NCBI GenBank assembly: GCA_050010015.1
Contig: JBEKLY010000001.1
Location: 1,883 to 65,882 of the forward strand
DNA: 64,000 nt
Source: Terriglobia bacterium
Lineage (GTDB): Bacteria > Acidobacteriota > Terriglobia > UBA7540
Direction: 5' to 3'
Shown in pieces: positions 17,882 through 27,768 of the stretch. Position 1 is the stretch's first letter, and the number at the start of each line of letters is the position of its first letter. The notes beneath the pieces were generated by a model, which was not told where the DNA came from, searched no databases, and saw only the letters and a program-made list of their open reading frames with translations. A program made the position numbers and the translations under genes.

Positions 17882-17996
17882 TTGAATCCTCGCCCTTCCG
17901 AAGGTCTTTCGAAATTGCGCTCATTAAACCATCTGGCTCCTAGGTCCATCCCACAGCCTCAGGGGGAAACAGAGGGCTAATTCCCCTCATTCCTTC

Positions 17997-18047
17997 CGGC
18001 TCTTGACTCCCGGCTCTTGACTCTTTACTCTCGACTCTCGACTTCTC
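17997..18047. repeat. 7-nt-period tract (CGGCTCTTGACTCC x2, then TTACTCT/CGACTCT/CGACTTC)
   Basis: Direct reading. Lies immediately upstream of the PIG-L gene. Confidence 0.7.
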
Positions 18048-18065
18048 AATTCACAGGAGCCCCGA

Positions 18066-18845
18066 ATGTCCGAACCGCTTCGTGCGCTTGCACTCTTCGC
18101 TCACCCTGACGACGCAGAATTTCTTTGCGCCGGCACCTTGTTTCTACTGGCTGAGCGTGGCGCCGCCATTCACGTTGCTACGCTGACGGCGGGCGATTGC
18201 GGAAGCACAATTTTGCCGGCCGCGGAGATTTGCCGAGTTCGCCTGAAGGAAGGCGAACGAGCCGCAGCCCTTCTGGGCGCGCAATTCACGTCTTTAAAAG
18301 AGAAGGATCTGTTGGTCCTTTATGATCGGCCGACCATCCGCAAAGTGATGGAATTAGTCCGCCGCGTGGACCCTGCCCTGGTTTTCACGCACTCGCCTTC
18401 GGACTACATGCTCGATCACGAGACCGTGAGCCGCCTGTGCCAGACGGCATGTTTCGGCGCCATGGCGCCCAATTTCCGCACCGGCGCGGGAAATCCGTCG
18501 AAGCCAGTGCGAGCGATTCCACACCTTTATTACGCCCAGCCTGCCGGAGGCACCGATATTCTTGGTAAAGAGGTCATGCCGAGCCTCTGTGTAAACATCG
18601 GCTCGACCCTGGAACGTAAGGAGCGGATGTTGGCCTGCCATGAGAGCCAGCAGGCCTGGTTGAAGTCACAACAAGGGATGACGGGCCCTGTGGACAACAT
18701 GCGAAAAATTGCTGCCTGGACAGGCGCGCTCGCCGGTTTCGAGTGGGCCGAAGGATTTCGCCAGCATCTCGGGCAGGGGTTTCCATCGGATGACAAGTTA
18801 AGCGAACTGCTGGGTAAATCTATTATCAGGAGAAGAGAAGTATAA
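18066..18845 (+). CDS. PIG-L/LmbE family deacetylase
   Basis: AHPDDAE motif near the N-terminus. 259 aa. Confidence 0.8.
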   Translation: MSEPLRALALFAHPDDAEFLCAGTLFLLAERGAAIHVATLTAGDCGSTILPAAEICRVRLKEGERAAALLGAQFTSLKEKDLLVLYDRPTIRKVMELVRRVDPALVFTHSPSDYMLDHETVSRLCQTACFGAMAPNFRTGAGNPSKPVRAIPHLYYAQPAGGTDILGKEVMPSLCVNIGSTLERKERMLACHESQQAWLKSQQGMTGPVDNMRKIAAWTGALAGFEWAEGFRQHLGQGFPSDDKLSELLGKSIIRRREV

Positions 18846-18894
18846 TATCTTGGTCGGGATTTCTCGCCAGGCCGGGGAAGGGCGAGGCTATACG

Positions 18895-19018
18895 GGCTGC
18901 GGAAAAACCTATCGGCCTTGTCATCCTGAGCGCAGCGAAGGATCTCCGCAGTTTGGACCGGTCCAGCAGATCAAGCAACTGCAGAGATCCTTCGTCGCCT
19001 GCGGCTCCTCAGGATGAC
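18895..19018. mobile_element. MITE-like palindrome lacking the right outer arm
   Basis: GGCTGCGGAAAAAC ... GTCATCCTGAGCGCAGCGAAGGATCTC ... GAGATCCTTCGTCGCCTGCGGCTCCTCAGGATGAC. Confidence 0.7.
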
Positions 19019-19027
19019 ACCGGAGAG

Positions 19028-22000
19028 ATGGATTCCCTGGTGAGAGGCCCAGGCCAACGAAATCGAGCACATGAGAATCTGAGATTGTCATTCGACCCTG
19101 TCACTTTGCTCGCAAACCCTCGGCGTTACCCGAGGGAGATAACAGTCGAGGGTGCGGTTTTCTGCCTTGCACTGTGGGCCGCCCTGCCCATTGCGCTTTG
19201 GCTTACCGTTCCCGCCTACCTCAGGGCGCAGACGGCTGAATCCGGAGTTAAACTCTGGGGCCAGCCGGTGTTGGATATGCGGCTCCGATGTGACGCGCGC
19301 CTCACGCTGGCCGGTTTCCCCGGCGTTGTCACTCAGGAGGCTGGCCAGCCTCTCGACCCTTCGAAAGTGAGCGAGAGTTTGAAGAGGCTTTTCGCAACCG
19401 GCCACTTTACCGAGCTTCGCGCGGAGGGAGAACCTGGCCCGGGAGGCGTTCACTTAGTCTTCGTTGCGCGTGCGCAGTATTTTGTGGGAGTAGTGCAAGT
19501 GGAGGGAACGCCCAGCACAATGGAGCCTCGAATCCTGCTCACTTCCACCCGCCTGCGCTTGGGAGAGCCGGTTTCAGAGGAGATTCTTGTTGCGGCCCAG
19601 CGGCACATCTCAGACGCGCTGGCCTCGAACGGGTATTATCGGGCGACGGTTCGATACCGCCTTCGTCCTGACCCGGCAACGCTCGAGGCGGGAGTGATCT
19701 ACTTGATATTTCCGGGTAAGCCCGCGCGCTTGAGCGGCGTGGAATTCCAGGGCCAGCCCGGCTTCCCCATCACCAAGCTTACAAAAGTGGCCGGCTGGAA
19801 GCACGGAGTGCAGCTCACCTCAGCGCGCGTCGAGCGAGGCGTGTTCAAGCTCCGCCAGTTCTATGTATCGCGCAGGCGGCTTCAGGCAACCGTCAGCGTT
19901 CTCAGGCGGCAATACGATTCCAGTCTCGATACTGAAAAGCTTTTGGTGAAAGTTGTAACCGGGCCGTTGGTCGAGGTGCATGTGCAGGGCGCCAAGATTG
20001 CACGCTCCCAACTCAAGACTCTTCTGCCCGTCTATCGTGACGGCGTGGTAGATGCGCCGTCGCTCGACCGCAGCGACAGGATTCTGGAAGATCATTTCGA
20101 ACAGAGAGGTTACTTTTCCGCCTCCGTCACGGCAAAGCAGGAGTTTCATGCCGAGTCTCAGAGGCTGGACGTCACCTTTCAAGTGAATCGCGGCCGGCAG
20201 GGAGAGTTTGACGGATACGGCTTCGAAGGCAACAAGGCCATTCCAATTGCGCAGCTCATGGCGGCGGTATCACGTCCCGCACAGGGGCTCATCACGCGCA
20301 CGCCGCTCTACAATCGCACCCTTGTCGAGAACAAGGTCAGCGCTCTGACCGCGCTCTATCAATCCAGGGGCTTTCTGGAGGTGAAGGTCTCTCCTCTCAT
20401 CAACGACCATTACCGCGATCAGTCCGGTCATCTGTTCGTCACCTTCCGCATCGAAGAGGGCTTCCAAACAACGGTTCGCCAACTCGATCTCCAAGGAATC
20501 TCGGCGGACATGCAAAAAGCCCTCTGGCCTTCCTTGCAGACGAAGCCAAACCAGCCGTATTCGCCCGGCCGGGCCGCCTCGGACCGAGACGTCATTTCGG
20601 ACTACCTTGCGAATCTCGGGTATGTTCAAGCGGAGGTGAACTGGCGCGCCTCGCCGCTCGGCGAACAGCACCAAGTTGATGTGGACTTCACGATTGAGCT
20701 CGGGAGGCAGGAGCGAATCCGTCGCATTGTGCTGCTTGGTAACCAGCACACGCGCGCCGGTGTGATTCGCCGGGAACTGGCGATCCGCCAGGGGCAGCCC
20801 TTGAGCCAGGACAACGTCGCCGAGTCGCAAAGCCATCTCTATGAGCTGGGAATGTTCAGTCAGGTGCAAATTGCGCCTCAGGCTCTGCCCAGTTCGGAGA
20901 CGGAGAAGACCGTTTTGGTGGCTGTCGACGAGGCGCGGCGATGGACTTTAGGATACGGCGGAGGCCTCGAGGTCCAGAGGTTGGGCAGCAATAACCCGCA
21001 GGGCAGCTTCAGCGCCAGCCCGCGCCTCTCTCTGGACCTTCGCCGGATCGATGTCGGCGGGCGCGATCAAACCTACACCTTGTGGGGCCGGCTATCGTAC
21101 ATCGATACCGGCGCGGGAACATCCTACGTGATTCCTAACCTGCTTAATCGACGCGACCTCAGCCTGCGCATCAATGGAATAGCAGACGTCAGTCGCGACG
21201 TGCTCACCTTCACGGATGAACAGGAGGGCGCCTCGGTCACGGTCGAAAAGCGTTATAGCGCCGCCACGGCCATCTCCGCGCGCTATAACTTCTCCCGCGT
21301 TCAGGCTCTCGACCTTTCGGGCCGCATCTCGCCGGCAGAGGCGCAGTTGCTCAGCCAGCCGGCGCGGGTGGGAGGTTTTGGCGGCAGTTTTATCCGCGAC
21401 CGCCGGGACGATCCCTTGGACGCTACGCGCGGTTCTTACACTCTGGCCGACGCCGGAATCATGTACAAAGGCTTCGGCTCGCAGGCCAATTTCGTTCGCC
21501 TGATGGTTCAAAATGCGACCTATCATCAAGTGAACTCGCATCTGGTTTTTGCCCGCAGCACTCGAGTCGGCATGGAATCTCCCTATGGCAGCCTGGAAAG
21601 GATCTCAGTCGGGCCGGACCAGTACATCTATACCGACAGTCTTCCACTGCCGGAGCGGCTGTTCATGGGGGGGACTAACTCAGATCGCGGTTTTTCCATC
21701 AACCAGGCGGGGCCGCGAGACCCCACAACGGGTTATCCAATCGGCGGCAATGCTCTATTCCTAAACTCGGTCGAGCTTCGATTCCGGATGGCGCAGCAAG
21801 GGCTGGGCCTGGTTCTTTTCAACGATACAGGCAATGTCTTCACCACCATCCGACGCATGCGCTTGCTGAAATTCAGCCAGACTCGCCCGCTCACCGATGA
21901 GGACACGCTTGATTACGATTCAGACGCAGTAGGGATCGGCCTCCGGTACAAGACGCCTGTGGGGCCCTTGAGTTTTGATGTGGGCTACAATCTTAACCCC

Positions 22001-22090
22001 CCGCGGTACAACGTGACGACCAACGGGGTAACAGGGGTGCAGCGATTAGCGCGCTTTCAGTTCTTCTTAAGCGTCGGGCAGAGCTTCTAG
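19028..22090 (+). CDS. Omp85-family outer membrane protein (BamA/TamA-like) with multiple POTRA repeats
   Basis: About 1020 aa. Repeated POTRA-like segments and a C-terminal barrel ending ARFQFFLSVGQSF. The start is trimmed to ATG 19028 because upstream codons translate the MITE. Confidence 0.8.
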   Translation: MDSLVRGPGQRNRAHENLRLSFDPVTLLANPRRYPREITVEGAVFCLALWAALPIALWLTVPAYLRAQTAESGVKLWGQPVLDMRLRCDARLTLAGFPGVVTQEAGQPLDPSKVSESLKRLFATGHFTELRAEGEPGPGGVHLVFVARAQYFVGVVQVEGTPSTMEPRILLTSTRLRLGEPVSEEILVAAQRHISDALASNGYYRATVRYRLRPDPATLEAGVIYLIFPGKPARLSGVEFQGQPGFPITKLTKVAGWKHGVQLTSARVERGVFKLRQFYVSRRRLQATVSVLRRQYDSSLDTEKLLVKVVTGPLVEVHVQGAKIARSQLKTLLPVYRDGVVDAPSLDRSDRILEDHFEQRGYFSASVTAKQEFHAESQRLDVTFQVNRGRQGEFDGYGFEGNKAIPIAQLMAAVSRPAQGLITRTPLYNRTLVENKVSALTALYQSRGFLEVKVSPLINDHYRDQSGHLFVTFRIEEGFQTTVRQLDLQGISADMQKALWPSLQTKPNQPYSPGRAASDRDVISDYLANLGYVQAEVNWRASPLGEQHQVDVDFTIELGRQERIRRIVLLGNQHTRAGVIRRELAIRQGQPLSQDNVAESQSHLYELGMFSQVQIAPQALPSSETEKTVLVAVDEARRWTLGYGGGLEVQRLGSNNPQGSFSASPRLSLDLRRIDVGGRDQTYTLWGRLSYIDTGAGTSYVIPNLLNRRDLSLRINGIADVSRDVLTFTDEQEGASVTVEKRYSAATAISARYNFSRVQALDLSGRISPAEAQLLSQPARVGGFGGSFIRDRRDDPLDATRGSYTLADAGIMYKGFGSQANFVRLMVQNATYHQVNSHLVFARSTRVGMESPYGSLERISVGPDQYIYTDSLPLPERLFMGGTNSDRGFSINQAGPRDPTTGYPIGGNALFLNSVELRFRMAQQGLGLVLFNDTGNVFTTIRRMRLLKFSQTRPLTDEDTLDYDSDAVGIGLRYKTPVGPLSFDVGYNLNPPRYNVTTNGVTGVQRLARFQFFLSVGQSF

Positions 22091-22317
22091 GCAAGGATGG
22101 CGTGAAGCGCGCGCAACACGCGGCTGTGCCGCCTTGTCTTGCGGAAAGGCTTTGCCTTTCCGGCCCTCGGCAATCCATTTCCTGCTTTTTCGGCGAGGCT
22201 CTGCCTCGCCGGTTGAGGCGTAGCCTCAACCTTGGAACGCCATCTACGGCCGAGCCCGGAAAGGCGCAGCCTTTCCGCAAGTCGGGCGGCAGAGCCGCCG
22301 GTGGAGCCTCGCTTTCG

Positions 22318-23004
22318 GTGTTACTGAGGTCCCCCTGGCTCCTCGCCGGATTAGTCATGCTCCTGCTGGCAGGCGTGAACGCGCTTGGTGCACACGCCGA
22401 AGTGCTGGATCGCGTGGTGGCGTCGATCGGCGAGGTTGCCGTTACCCAGAGCGACGTGGAGCGCGAATATCGCCTGGAGCGTTTCCTCGACGGGCAATGG
22501 CAGCCTCCGGCCCCCGACGCCAAGGCGCTGGATTTGGCGCGTGAGCGCTTGACCTATCAAAAACTTCTTCTGGAAGAAGAAACTCAGGACCTTTCCCGCG
22601 ACCCCGCGCTGGAAAAGACAGCGACCGAGGAACTGGCTGGGGTTCGCCAGCGCTTCCCGTCAGAGAAGGACTTCCAGGCTGCTCTCGGCGCTTTGCACAT
22701 GGACGAGAAACAAGTTCTCACGACACTTGTCGAGCAGCAGAGAATTCTGAGAGTTATCGAGGAGCGGTTGCGATCGGAGGCGGCGCCTGCTACTCCCCAA
22801 GTTGAAACGTACTACCGCGACGTGTTTACACCTGAATATACGCGCACGCGCGGGCTTCCCGTGCCGCCTTTGACGGAAGTGCTAGGGCAAATCCAGGAAA
22901 TCCTGGTGCAGCAGAAGATCAATCAGCTCCTCGCCGATTGGCTGGCGGAGCTGAGACCCAGCCGCCGGGTGCGGTTTTATGGTGCAGTGACGAGTGACAA
23001 GTAA
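22318..23004 (+). CDS. periplasmic SurA-N-terminal-domain-like chaperone (tentative)
   Basis: Signal-like LLAGLVMLLLAGVNALGAHA, then a helical domain. The upstream part of the track ORF covers palindromic repeats. The start is uncertain (GTG 22318 or ATG 22357). Confidence 0.5.
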   Translation: MLLRSPWLLAGLVMLLLAGVNALGAHAEVLDRVVASIGEVAVTQSDVEREYRLERFLDGQWQPPAPDAKALDLARERLTYQKLLLEEETQDLSRDPALEKTATEELAGVRQRFPSEKDFQAALGALHMDEKQVLTTLVEQQRILRVIEERLRSEAAPATPQVETYYRDVFTPEYTRTRGLPVPPLTEVLGQIQEILVQQKINQLLADWLAELRPSRRVRFYGAVTSDK

Positions 23005-23009
23005 GGAAA

Positions 23010-23165
23010 GGTGTCAGGTATCGGGTGTCGGGTGCCAGGTGAAGAGCGCGGTGCATTGACAGCTGTCGCGTAACAACGAAAGATTTGGTTGACTCAAGCG
23101 TGACAGATAACACCCGAAACCTGGAAGACGACACCTTACACCTGAAACCTGACACCTGAAACCTG
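23010..23165. repeat. two 7-nt-period tracts in mutually inverted orientation flanking a ~68-bp core
   Basis: Left arm is GGTGTCA/GGTATCG/GGTGTCG/GGTGCCA. Right arm is ACACCTT/ACACCTG/AAACCTG/ACACCTG/AAACCTG. GGTGTCAGGT is the reverse complement of ACCTGACACC. Confidence 0.7.
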
Positions 23166-23170
23166 CAGTT

Positions 23171-26100
23171 ATGTCGAAACCTTTTAAGATCACGCTCGCT
23201 CTCATCTTGATGGCGGTCGCCCCGGTCTCAGTGGCGATTGCGGTCATGAGCACGTCGTGGTTTCGCCAAGCCCTGGAGCGCCGGCTGATTGTGGCGCTCG
23301 AAGACGCGACCGGGGGGAAGGTTGAAGTTCAGAGCTTCCGCTTCCACCCCTTCGTGCTGCAAGCGATTTTCCAAGGGCTTGTCCTGCACGGAAGCGAATC
23401 GCCCCAGTCGCCGCCTCTTTTCTCTGCCCGCACCATCGTGCTTCGTCTCAGTCCCGCGAATTTACTGCATCGCGAAATCCGCATCATGGCACTCGATTGG
23501 GACGGTGCCGAATTACACCTCACGACGAAACCCGATGGCTCGACGAACCTGCCCGGTCCGCTGACCCGCTTTGATCCCGGTCAGGCCATGAGGCAGTTGG
23601 TCGATCTGCGCATTGGCAGGGTAACGATAGCCCACTCCACCTTCTTTTGGGACAACCAAGCGGTCCGATTGGATCTGAGCGCCCGCGACGTGGCGCTGCT
23701 TCTCCACTTGCGAAGCGGGCGCCGCTATGAGGGTAGTCTCACTGCCTCGGCCGTGAACGTTCGCATGCCCGGGCGCGTGCTGCCGACTCTGGCTTTTTCA
23801 TCTCGGTTTGGATTATCGCAAAACGAGTTTGCGGTGCCGTCGCTCGCCTGGCAATTTCACGGCATGGCGGGACAGGCGTCGTTCTCGTTCCACCCACTTC
23901 CCGCGCCTCAAGCCTACTTCTCCTTTCAAACCAGCCTGGACGTGGCGACGCTCAAGCCGCTGCTGAGGCTTCCCGGTTTGCAGACGGGGAACGTGCGCCT
24001 GGAAGGTCAAGGGATCTACCGCCAGGGCGAACTCGCGGTGCGAGGGCGAGTCCAGTCCCATCAAATCCTTTATCGCGATGCTCAATTCGATTCCGGGCCG
24101 GTCGAGGCCTCGGCTGATTATTCCCTGGACCACTCGCGTGTAACGCTTTCCAATTTGAAGGTGGCCGGCTGGGGAGGCAACGCGCAAGGAGACGGCCAGG
24201 TCCGTCTCACCGGGGCCGCGCCTCAGGTCGACCTGCGCCTCCGCCTGCGTAATATGAATCTGCCGATGTTAATGCAGAGTTCCAAAAGGCAACCTCGGCT
24301 GATTGCCCAAGTGCCGCCGGCTTGTTTGGTCGATGGAACAGTGGAGCTGACCTCGGCTGGCGAATTCCAAAACCTCAGGTCGAAATTTGATTTGCATTTG
24401 TCGCCACTCGCCGCGCCTCCTTCGGGCGCTCTTCCCATTACCGGCAGCATGCAGGGATCATTGGAAATCAATCGCGGCTTCTCAGTAAACCTGGAGAGTT
24501 CGAGTCTGGCGACACCGCATTCGCTTCTTAAAGCTAAGGGAACACTGGTCGAATCGACGGAGCGCGGTGAACCGCCGGGCCGCCTCGAAATCCAGCTCGA
24601 GACGACGCAACTTCAGGAATGGCGGTTTCTGCTCGGGGCGCAATTCGTGTCAGACTTTCGCCTTCCACTCACGCTCGATTCGCAGGCAGCCATGGATGGC
24701 GAACTCCTGGGCTCGATCGAGAGTCCCGAAGTGCGTGGCTCGGTGCGCGTGGGCAAGTTCGAGTATCGCGGCGGAACCTGGGACGGCCTGAAGGCCAACA
24801 TCGACGTTTCGCCGGACTCCTTGCACGTGTCTTCCGGACAGCTTTCACGCGGACCGAGCGTGCTCAACATCGACGGCTCTGCGCAGCTCGAGGATTGGGG
24901 GATTTCTCGATCCTCTCAAGTGCGTTTATCGGCCCGGGCAGAACGTACGCCCTTGGAGGGCCTCAAAGCAGCATTCGGCGTCGACGAACCTGTCTCCGGC
25001 GAGGCTAGCGGGAAGGTTAACTTTCGAGGCACGGCATCGAATCTCGCCGGAAGCGGCGATGTCAAATTGGAAAACGCCGACATCGCAGGGGAGAGCTTCA
25101 ATTCTGTTTCGGCTAAAATCCGAATCCACGGAACTTCTTTGGACCTCAGCGCGCTTGAGGTTTTGAAGGGCCGCGGCAAGATCACGGGAAAAGCACAGGT
25201 CGATACTGCTACTCGAGCCATGTCGTGCCAGCTTCACGGAACCGGTCTCTCTCTTGCTGACTTCAGGCGACTGGAACCGCTCCGAGGGGCAGGCCTTGTG
25301 CCTGCCCAGGGCGTCCGCGAGGGGCGCCCGCCGAGCCCACTGGAAGGCCAGGCAAGCTTTGACCTGGAAGGCAGCGGCACTCCCGACCATCTTCACTTTC
25401 ACTCCACGGGACTCCTCCAAGACATCAGAATTGACGGCGTCGAGGTCGGCAACCTCCGCCTTCAAATGAACGCCGAGGGCCGCGACATTCAATTCCAAGG
25501 CGTGGCCTCCGGAACCGCAGGGCCGTTCAGCCTGGAGGGCAATGCCCAGGCCACGGGTGACTGGCCGCTCCAACTGCAAGGCCAATACGTGTCTCTGCGC
25601 CTGGATCCATGGGCTCGCCTGCTCGCGAACGCCAAGTTCGACGCCCAGGTCACCGCCAGCGGCTCCTTCAAGGGAACTGGTTCTCTCCGTGATGCTTCGA
25701 AGCTCGATGTGCATAGTGAGATTGGGACGCTGGAGGTGAGCTTTCCCTCTCTGAAATGGCGGAACGAGCATGCCGTCGAAGTCCGCTACGCCGATAATCG
25801 CATCTCCGCTCAGCCCTTTCGCATGCAGGGCCCCGCCACGGACCTGGTTGTTGACGGCTCTCTTCTGCTTGCGGGCGCGCCGTCGCTCTCCTTGAACGTG
25901 CAAGGGGTTGCCGACGCCACCATTCTGAGCCTGGTTGAGCCGGGCTTACAGGCCTCCGGGCAATCGCGGATCAGGTTGAGCGTGTCGGGTTCGCCCGCGA
26001 GACCTCAGATGAACGGAACGCTTGACATCCGCGACGTGGGCCTCGAATACCCGGGCCTGCCCCTTCGCTTGAGCGGCCTTAACGGCGAGGTCCAACTCGA

Positions 26101-27187
26101 GGGAGAGCGGGCGACCGTGAAGTCTTTGCGCGGGGTGAGCGGCGGCGGCCCCGTCACTTTAGATGGTTTTGTGACCCTGGCCTTGCCGCCACGCTTCGAT
26201 TTGCGCGTCGAACTCGATCAAGTCAGGGTGCGCTACCCCGTGGACTTCATTTCCATTCTGGGTGGGACTCTGCGGTTGGAGGGAACGTCGGAGCGCTCTC
26301 AGCTCCACGGCGACCTGGCTCTCAGCCAGGTGCTGGCCAGCGGGAGCAAGCCCTGGCTTAACCAAATCATGCAGAGTGCGAGCCCCTTCGAACCTCCGGC
26401 GCCGTCGGCGACTTCTTCCCTGGCCAACTCCATCCGGCTGAATATTCGAGTGGCCACGCCTACTCCGGTGAGATTACAGATGCAGGATATGCGGTTGACT
26501 GCGGATGTTGATGTGCGCGTCGAAGGGAGCTTGGCGAACCCCGTGGATCTGGGCGACGTGCACTTCCTGGATGGCGAAGCAGTGGTTCGAGGCAATCGCT
26601 TCACCCTCACCCGTGGTGATCTGAATATGACCAATCCCCTGCGAACCCAGGCCACCCTCGATTTGGAGGCTCAGACCCGCGTCCAGCAATATGACCTTAC
26701 GGTTGATGTCTCGGGCCCGCCGGGAAGGCTGAAAATCACGTACCGTTCTGATCCGCCGCTCCCTACGGAAGAAGTTTTCTCGCTGCTGGCGCTCGGCTAC
26801 GCGCCGCAACAACAGCAGGGATCCACATCCGGAATTGTCAGCTCCTTCGCCGCAGGCAACCCGACGCAATCCGTGGGAGAAAGCGCCCTGCTCTCTCAAG
26901 CCCTCTCGACCCAGGTGGGCGGCCGCATCCAGCGGCTCTTTGGCGTTAGCCGCATCCAGATCGATCCCAACGTGGGACTGCCGGGATTCAATAACGGCGA
27001 GCGCATAACCATCGAGCAGCAGGTGACCAAAGACTTGACGCTCACCTATATTACCAACACTGCTTCTTCGCAATATCAGATTATCCAGTTTGAATATGCC
27101 TTCGGTGAAAACATCTCGCTGCTCGGCGTCCGCGACCCGAACGGAATTGTGGGAGTTGAGTTGAGATTCCGGCGGCGATTCAAGTGA
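23171..27187 (+). CDS. tamB: translocation and assembly module protein TamB (AsmA-like, DUF490 C-terminus)
   Basis: 1338 aa. N-terminal membrane anchor, long beta-rich body, and C-terminus ...QIIQFEYAFGENISLLGVRDPNGIVGVELRFRRRFK. Adjacent to the Omp85 gene. Confidence 0.8.
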   Translation: MSKPFKITLALILMAVAPVSVAIAVMSTSWFRQALERRLIVALEDATGGKVEVQSFRFHPFVLQAIFQGLVLHGSESPQSPPLFSARTIVLRLSPANLLHREIRIMALDWDGAELHLTTKPDGSTNLPGPLTRFDPGQAMRQLVDLRIGRVTIAHSTFFWDNQAVRLDLSARDVALLLHLRSGRRYEGSLTASAVNVRMPGRVLPTLAFSSRFGLSQNEFAVPSLAWQFHGMAGQASFSFHPLPAPQAYFSFQTSLDVATLKPLLRLPGLQTGNVRLEGQGIYRQGELAVRGRVQSHQILYRDAQFDSGPVEASADYSLDHSRVTLSNLKVAGWGGNAQGDGQVRLTGAAPQVDLRLRLRNMNLPMLMQSSKRQPRLIAQVPPACLVDGTVELTSAGEFQNLRSKFDLHLSPLAAPPSGALPITGSMQGSLEINRGFSVNLESSSLATPHSLLKAKGTLVESTERGEPPGRLEIQLETTQLQEWRFLLGAQFVSDFRLPLTLDSQAAMDGELLGSIESPEVRGSVRVGKFEYRGGTWDGLKANIDVSPDSLHVSSGQLSRGPSVLNIDGSAQLEDWGISRSSQVRLSARAERTPLEGLKAAFGVDEPVSGEASGKVNFRGTASNLAGSGDVKLENADIAGESFNSVSAKIRIHGTSLDLSALEVLKGRGKITGKAQVDTATRAMSCQLHGTGLSLADFRRLEPLRGAGLVPAQGVREGRPPSPLEGQASFDLEGSGTPDHLHFHSTGLLQDIRIDGVEVGNLRLQMNAEGRDIQFQGVASGTAGPFSLEGNAQATGDWPLQLQGQYVSLRLDPWARLLANAKFDAQVTASGSFKGTGSLRDASKLDVHSEIGTLEVSFPSLKWRNEHAVEVRYADNRISAQPFRMQGPATDLVVDGSLLLAGAPSLSLNVQGVADATILSLVEPGLQASGQSRIRLSVSGSPARPQMNGTLDIRDVGLEYPGLPLRLSGLNGEVQLEGERATVKSLRGVSGGGPVTLDGFVTLALPPRFDLRVELDQVRVRYPVDFISILGGTLRLEGTSERSQLHGDLALSQVLASGSKPWLNQIMQSASPFEPPAPSATSSLANSIRLNIRVATPTPVRLQMQDMRLTADVDVRVEGSLANPVDLGDVHFLDGEAVVRGNRFTLTRGDLNMTNPLRTQATLDLEAQTRVQQYDLTVDVSGPPGRLKITYRSDPPLPTEEVFSLLALGYAPQQQQGSTSGIVSSFAAGNPTQSVGESALLSQALSTQVGGRIQRLFGVSRIQIDPNVGLPGFNNGERITIEQQVTKDLTLTYITNTASSQYQIIQFEYAFGENISLLGVRDPNGIVGVELRFRRRFK

Positions 27188-27382
27188 CAGGGGCTAGGGA
27201 CTGGGGGCTAGGGGCTGGGGATTTGCGATTTGTGATTTCTGATTTGTGATTATCAGTGTGGGTTTCGAATCGGGTTTGCAGTTTTGGTTTTTGAAATCTG
27301 CGATTTGCAATCTGAAATTCCCCGCCGCCCAGCGCCCACTTCCTACTGCCTACTGCGTACTGCCCACTGCCTACTGCCTTCT
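27188..27382. repeat. three successive 7-nt-period tracts (GGCTAGG-type, GATTTGT-type, CTACTGC-type)
   Basis: Direct reading between the tamB stop and tRNA-Ser. Confidence 0.75.
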
Positions 27383-27423
27383 TACCTGACCCGGACACTG
27401 TGCTATACTCCGGAGAAGGCCAA

Positions 27424-27513
27424 GGAGAGGTGTCCGAGTGGCTGAAGGAGCACGCTTGGAAAGCGTGTTTGGGGGAAACTCCAACGTGGGTTCGAATCCC
27501 ACCCTCTCCGCCA
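27424..27513 (+). tRNA. tRNA-Ser (anticodon GGA)
   Basis: Acceptor stem GGAGAGG/CCTCTCC plus G-CCA. Anticodon stem CACGC/GCGTG with loop TTGGAAA. Long variable arm. T arm GTGGG-TTCGAAT-CCCAC. Confidence 0.95.
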
Positions 27514-27768
27514 CCCTACGCTAAAGCTTCGGGTGGCCGGCCACCCGGAGGTTTAGCGTAGGGTGTCTCCCGAAGCTTCAGCGCAGGGAGACTGGCGTTC
27601 ATGTGGTATGTCTATTTTCTCCAGCTTAAAAACGGCGATATTTATGTCGGGTCGACAAACGATCTGAAGCGCCGTTTCTCTTCGCACCAATTGGGACAGG
27701 TCCTCTCAACAAAGCGGAATCTCCCGGTTAAACTAAAGAGCTACGTGGCCGTTGAATCTGAGGCTCTG
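27491..27768 (+). repeat. left 278-bp direct repeat (tRNA 3' end, two hairpins, GIY-YIG codons 1-56)
   Basis: Colinear, gap-free match to 37450-37727. 16 mismatches by hand count. Confidence 0.9.
27514..27563 (+). terminator. long hairpin immediately 3' of the tRNA (possible terminator or processing signal)
   Basis: CCCTACGCTAAA...TTTAGCGTAGGG gives a perfect 12-bp outer stem plus an inner GGTGGCC/GGCCACC stem. No clear U-tract. Confidence 0.35.

Noticed and set aside
24926-25903. 325-aa minus-strand ORF inside tamB
   Set aside because: Antisense shadow of tamB. Several shorter ORFs across 23.2-27.2 kb were rejected for the same reason.
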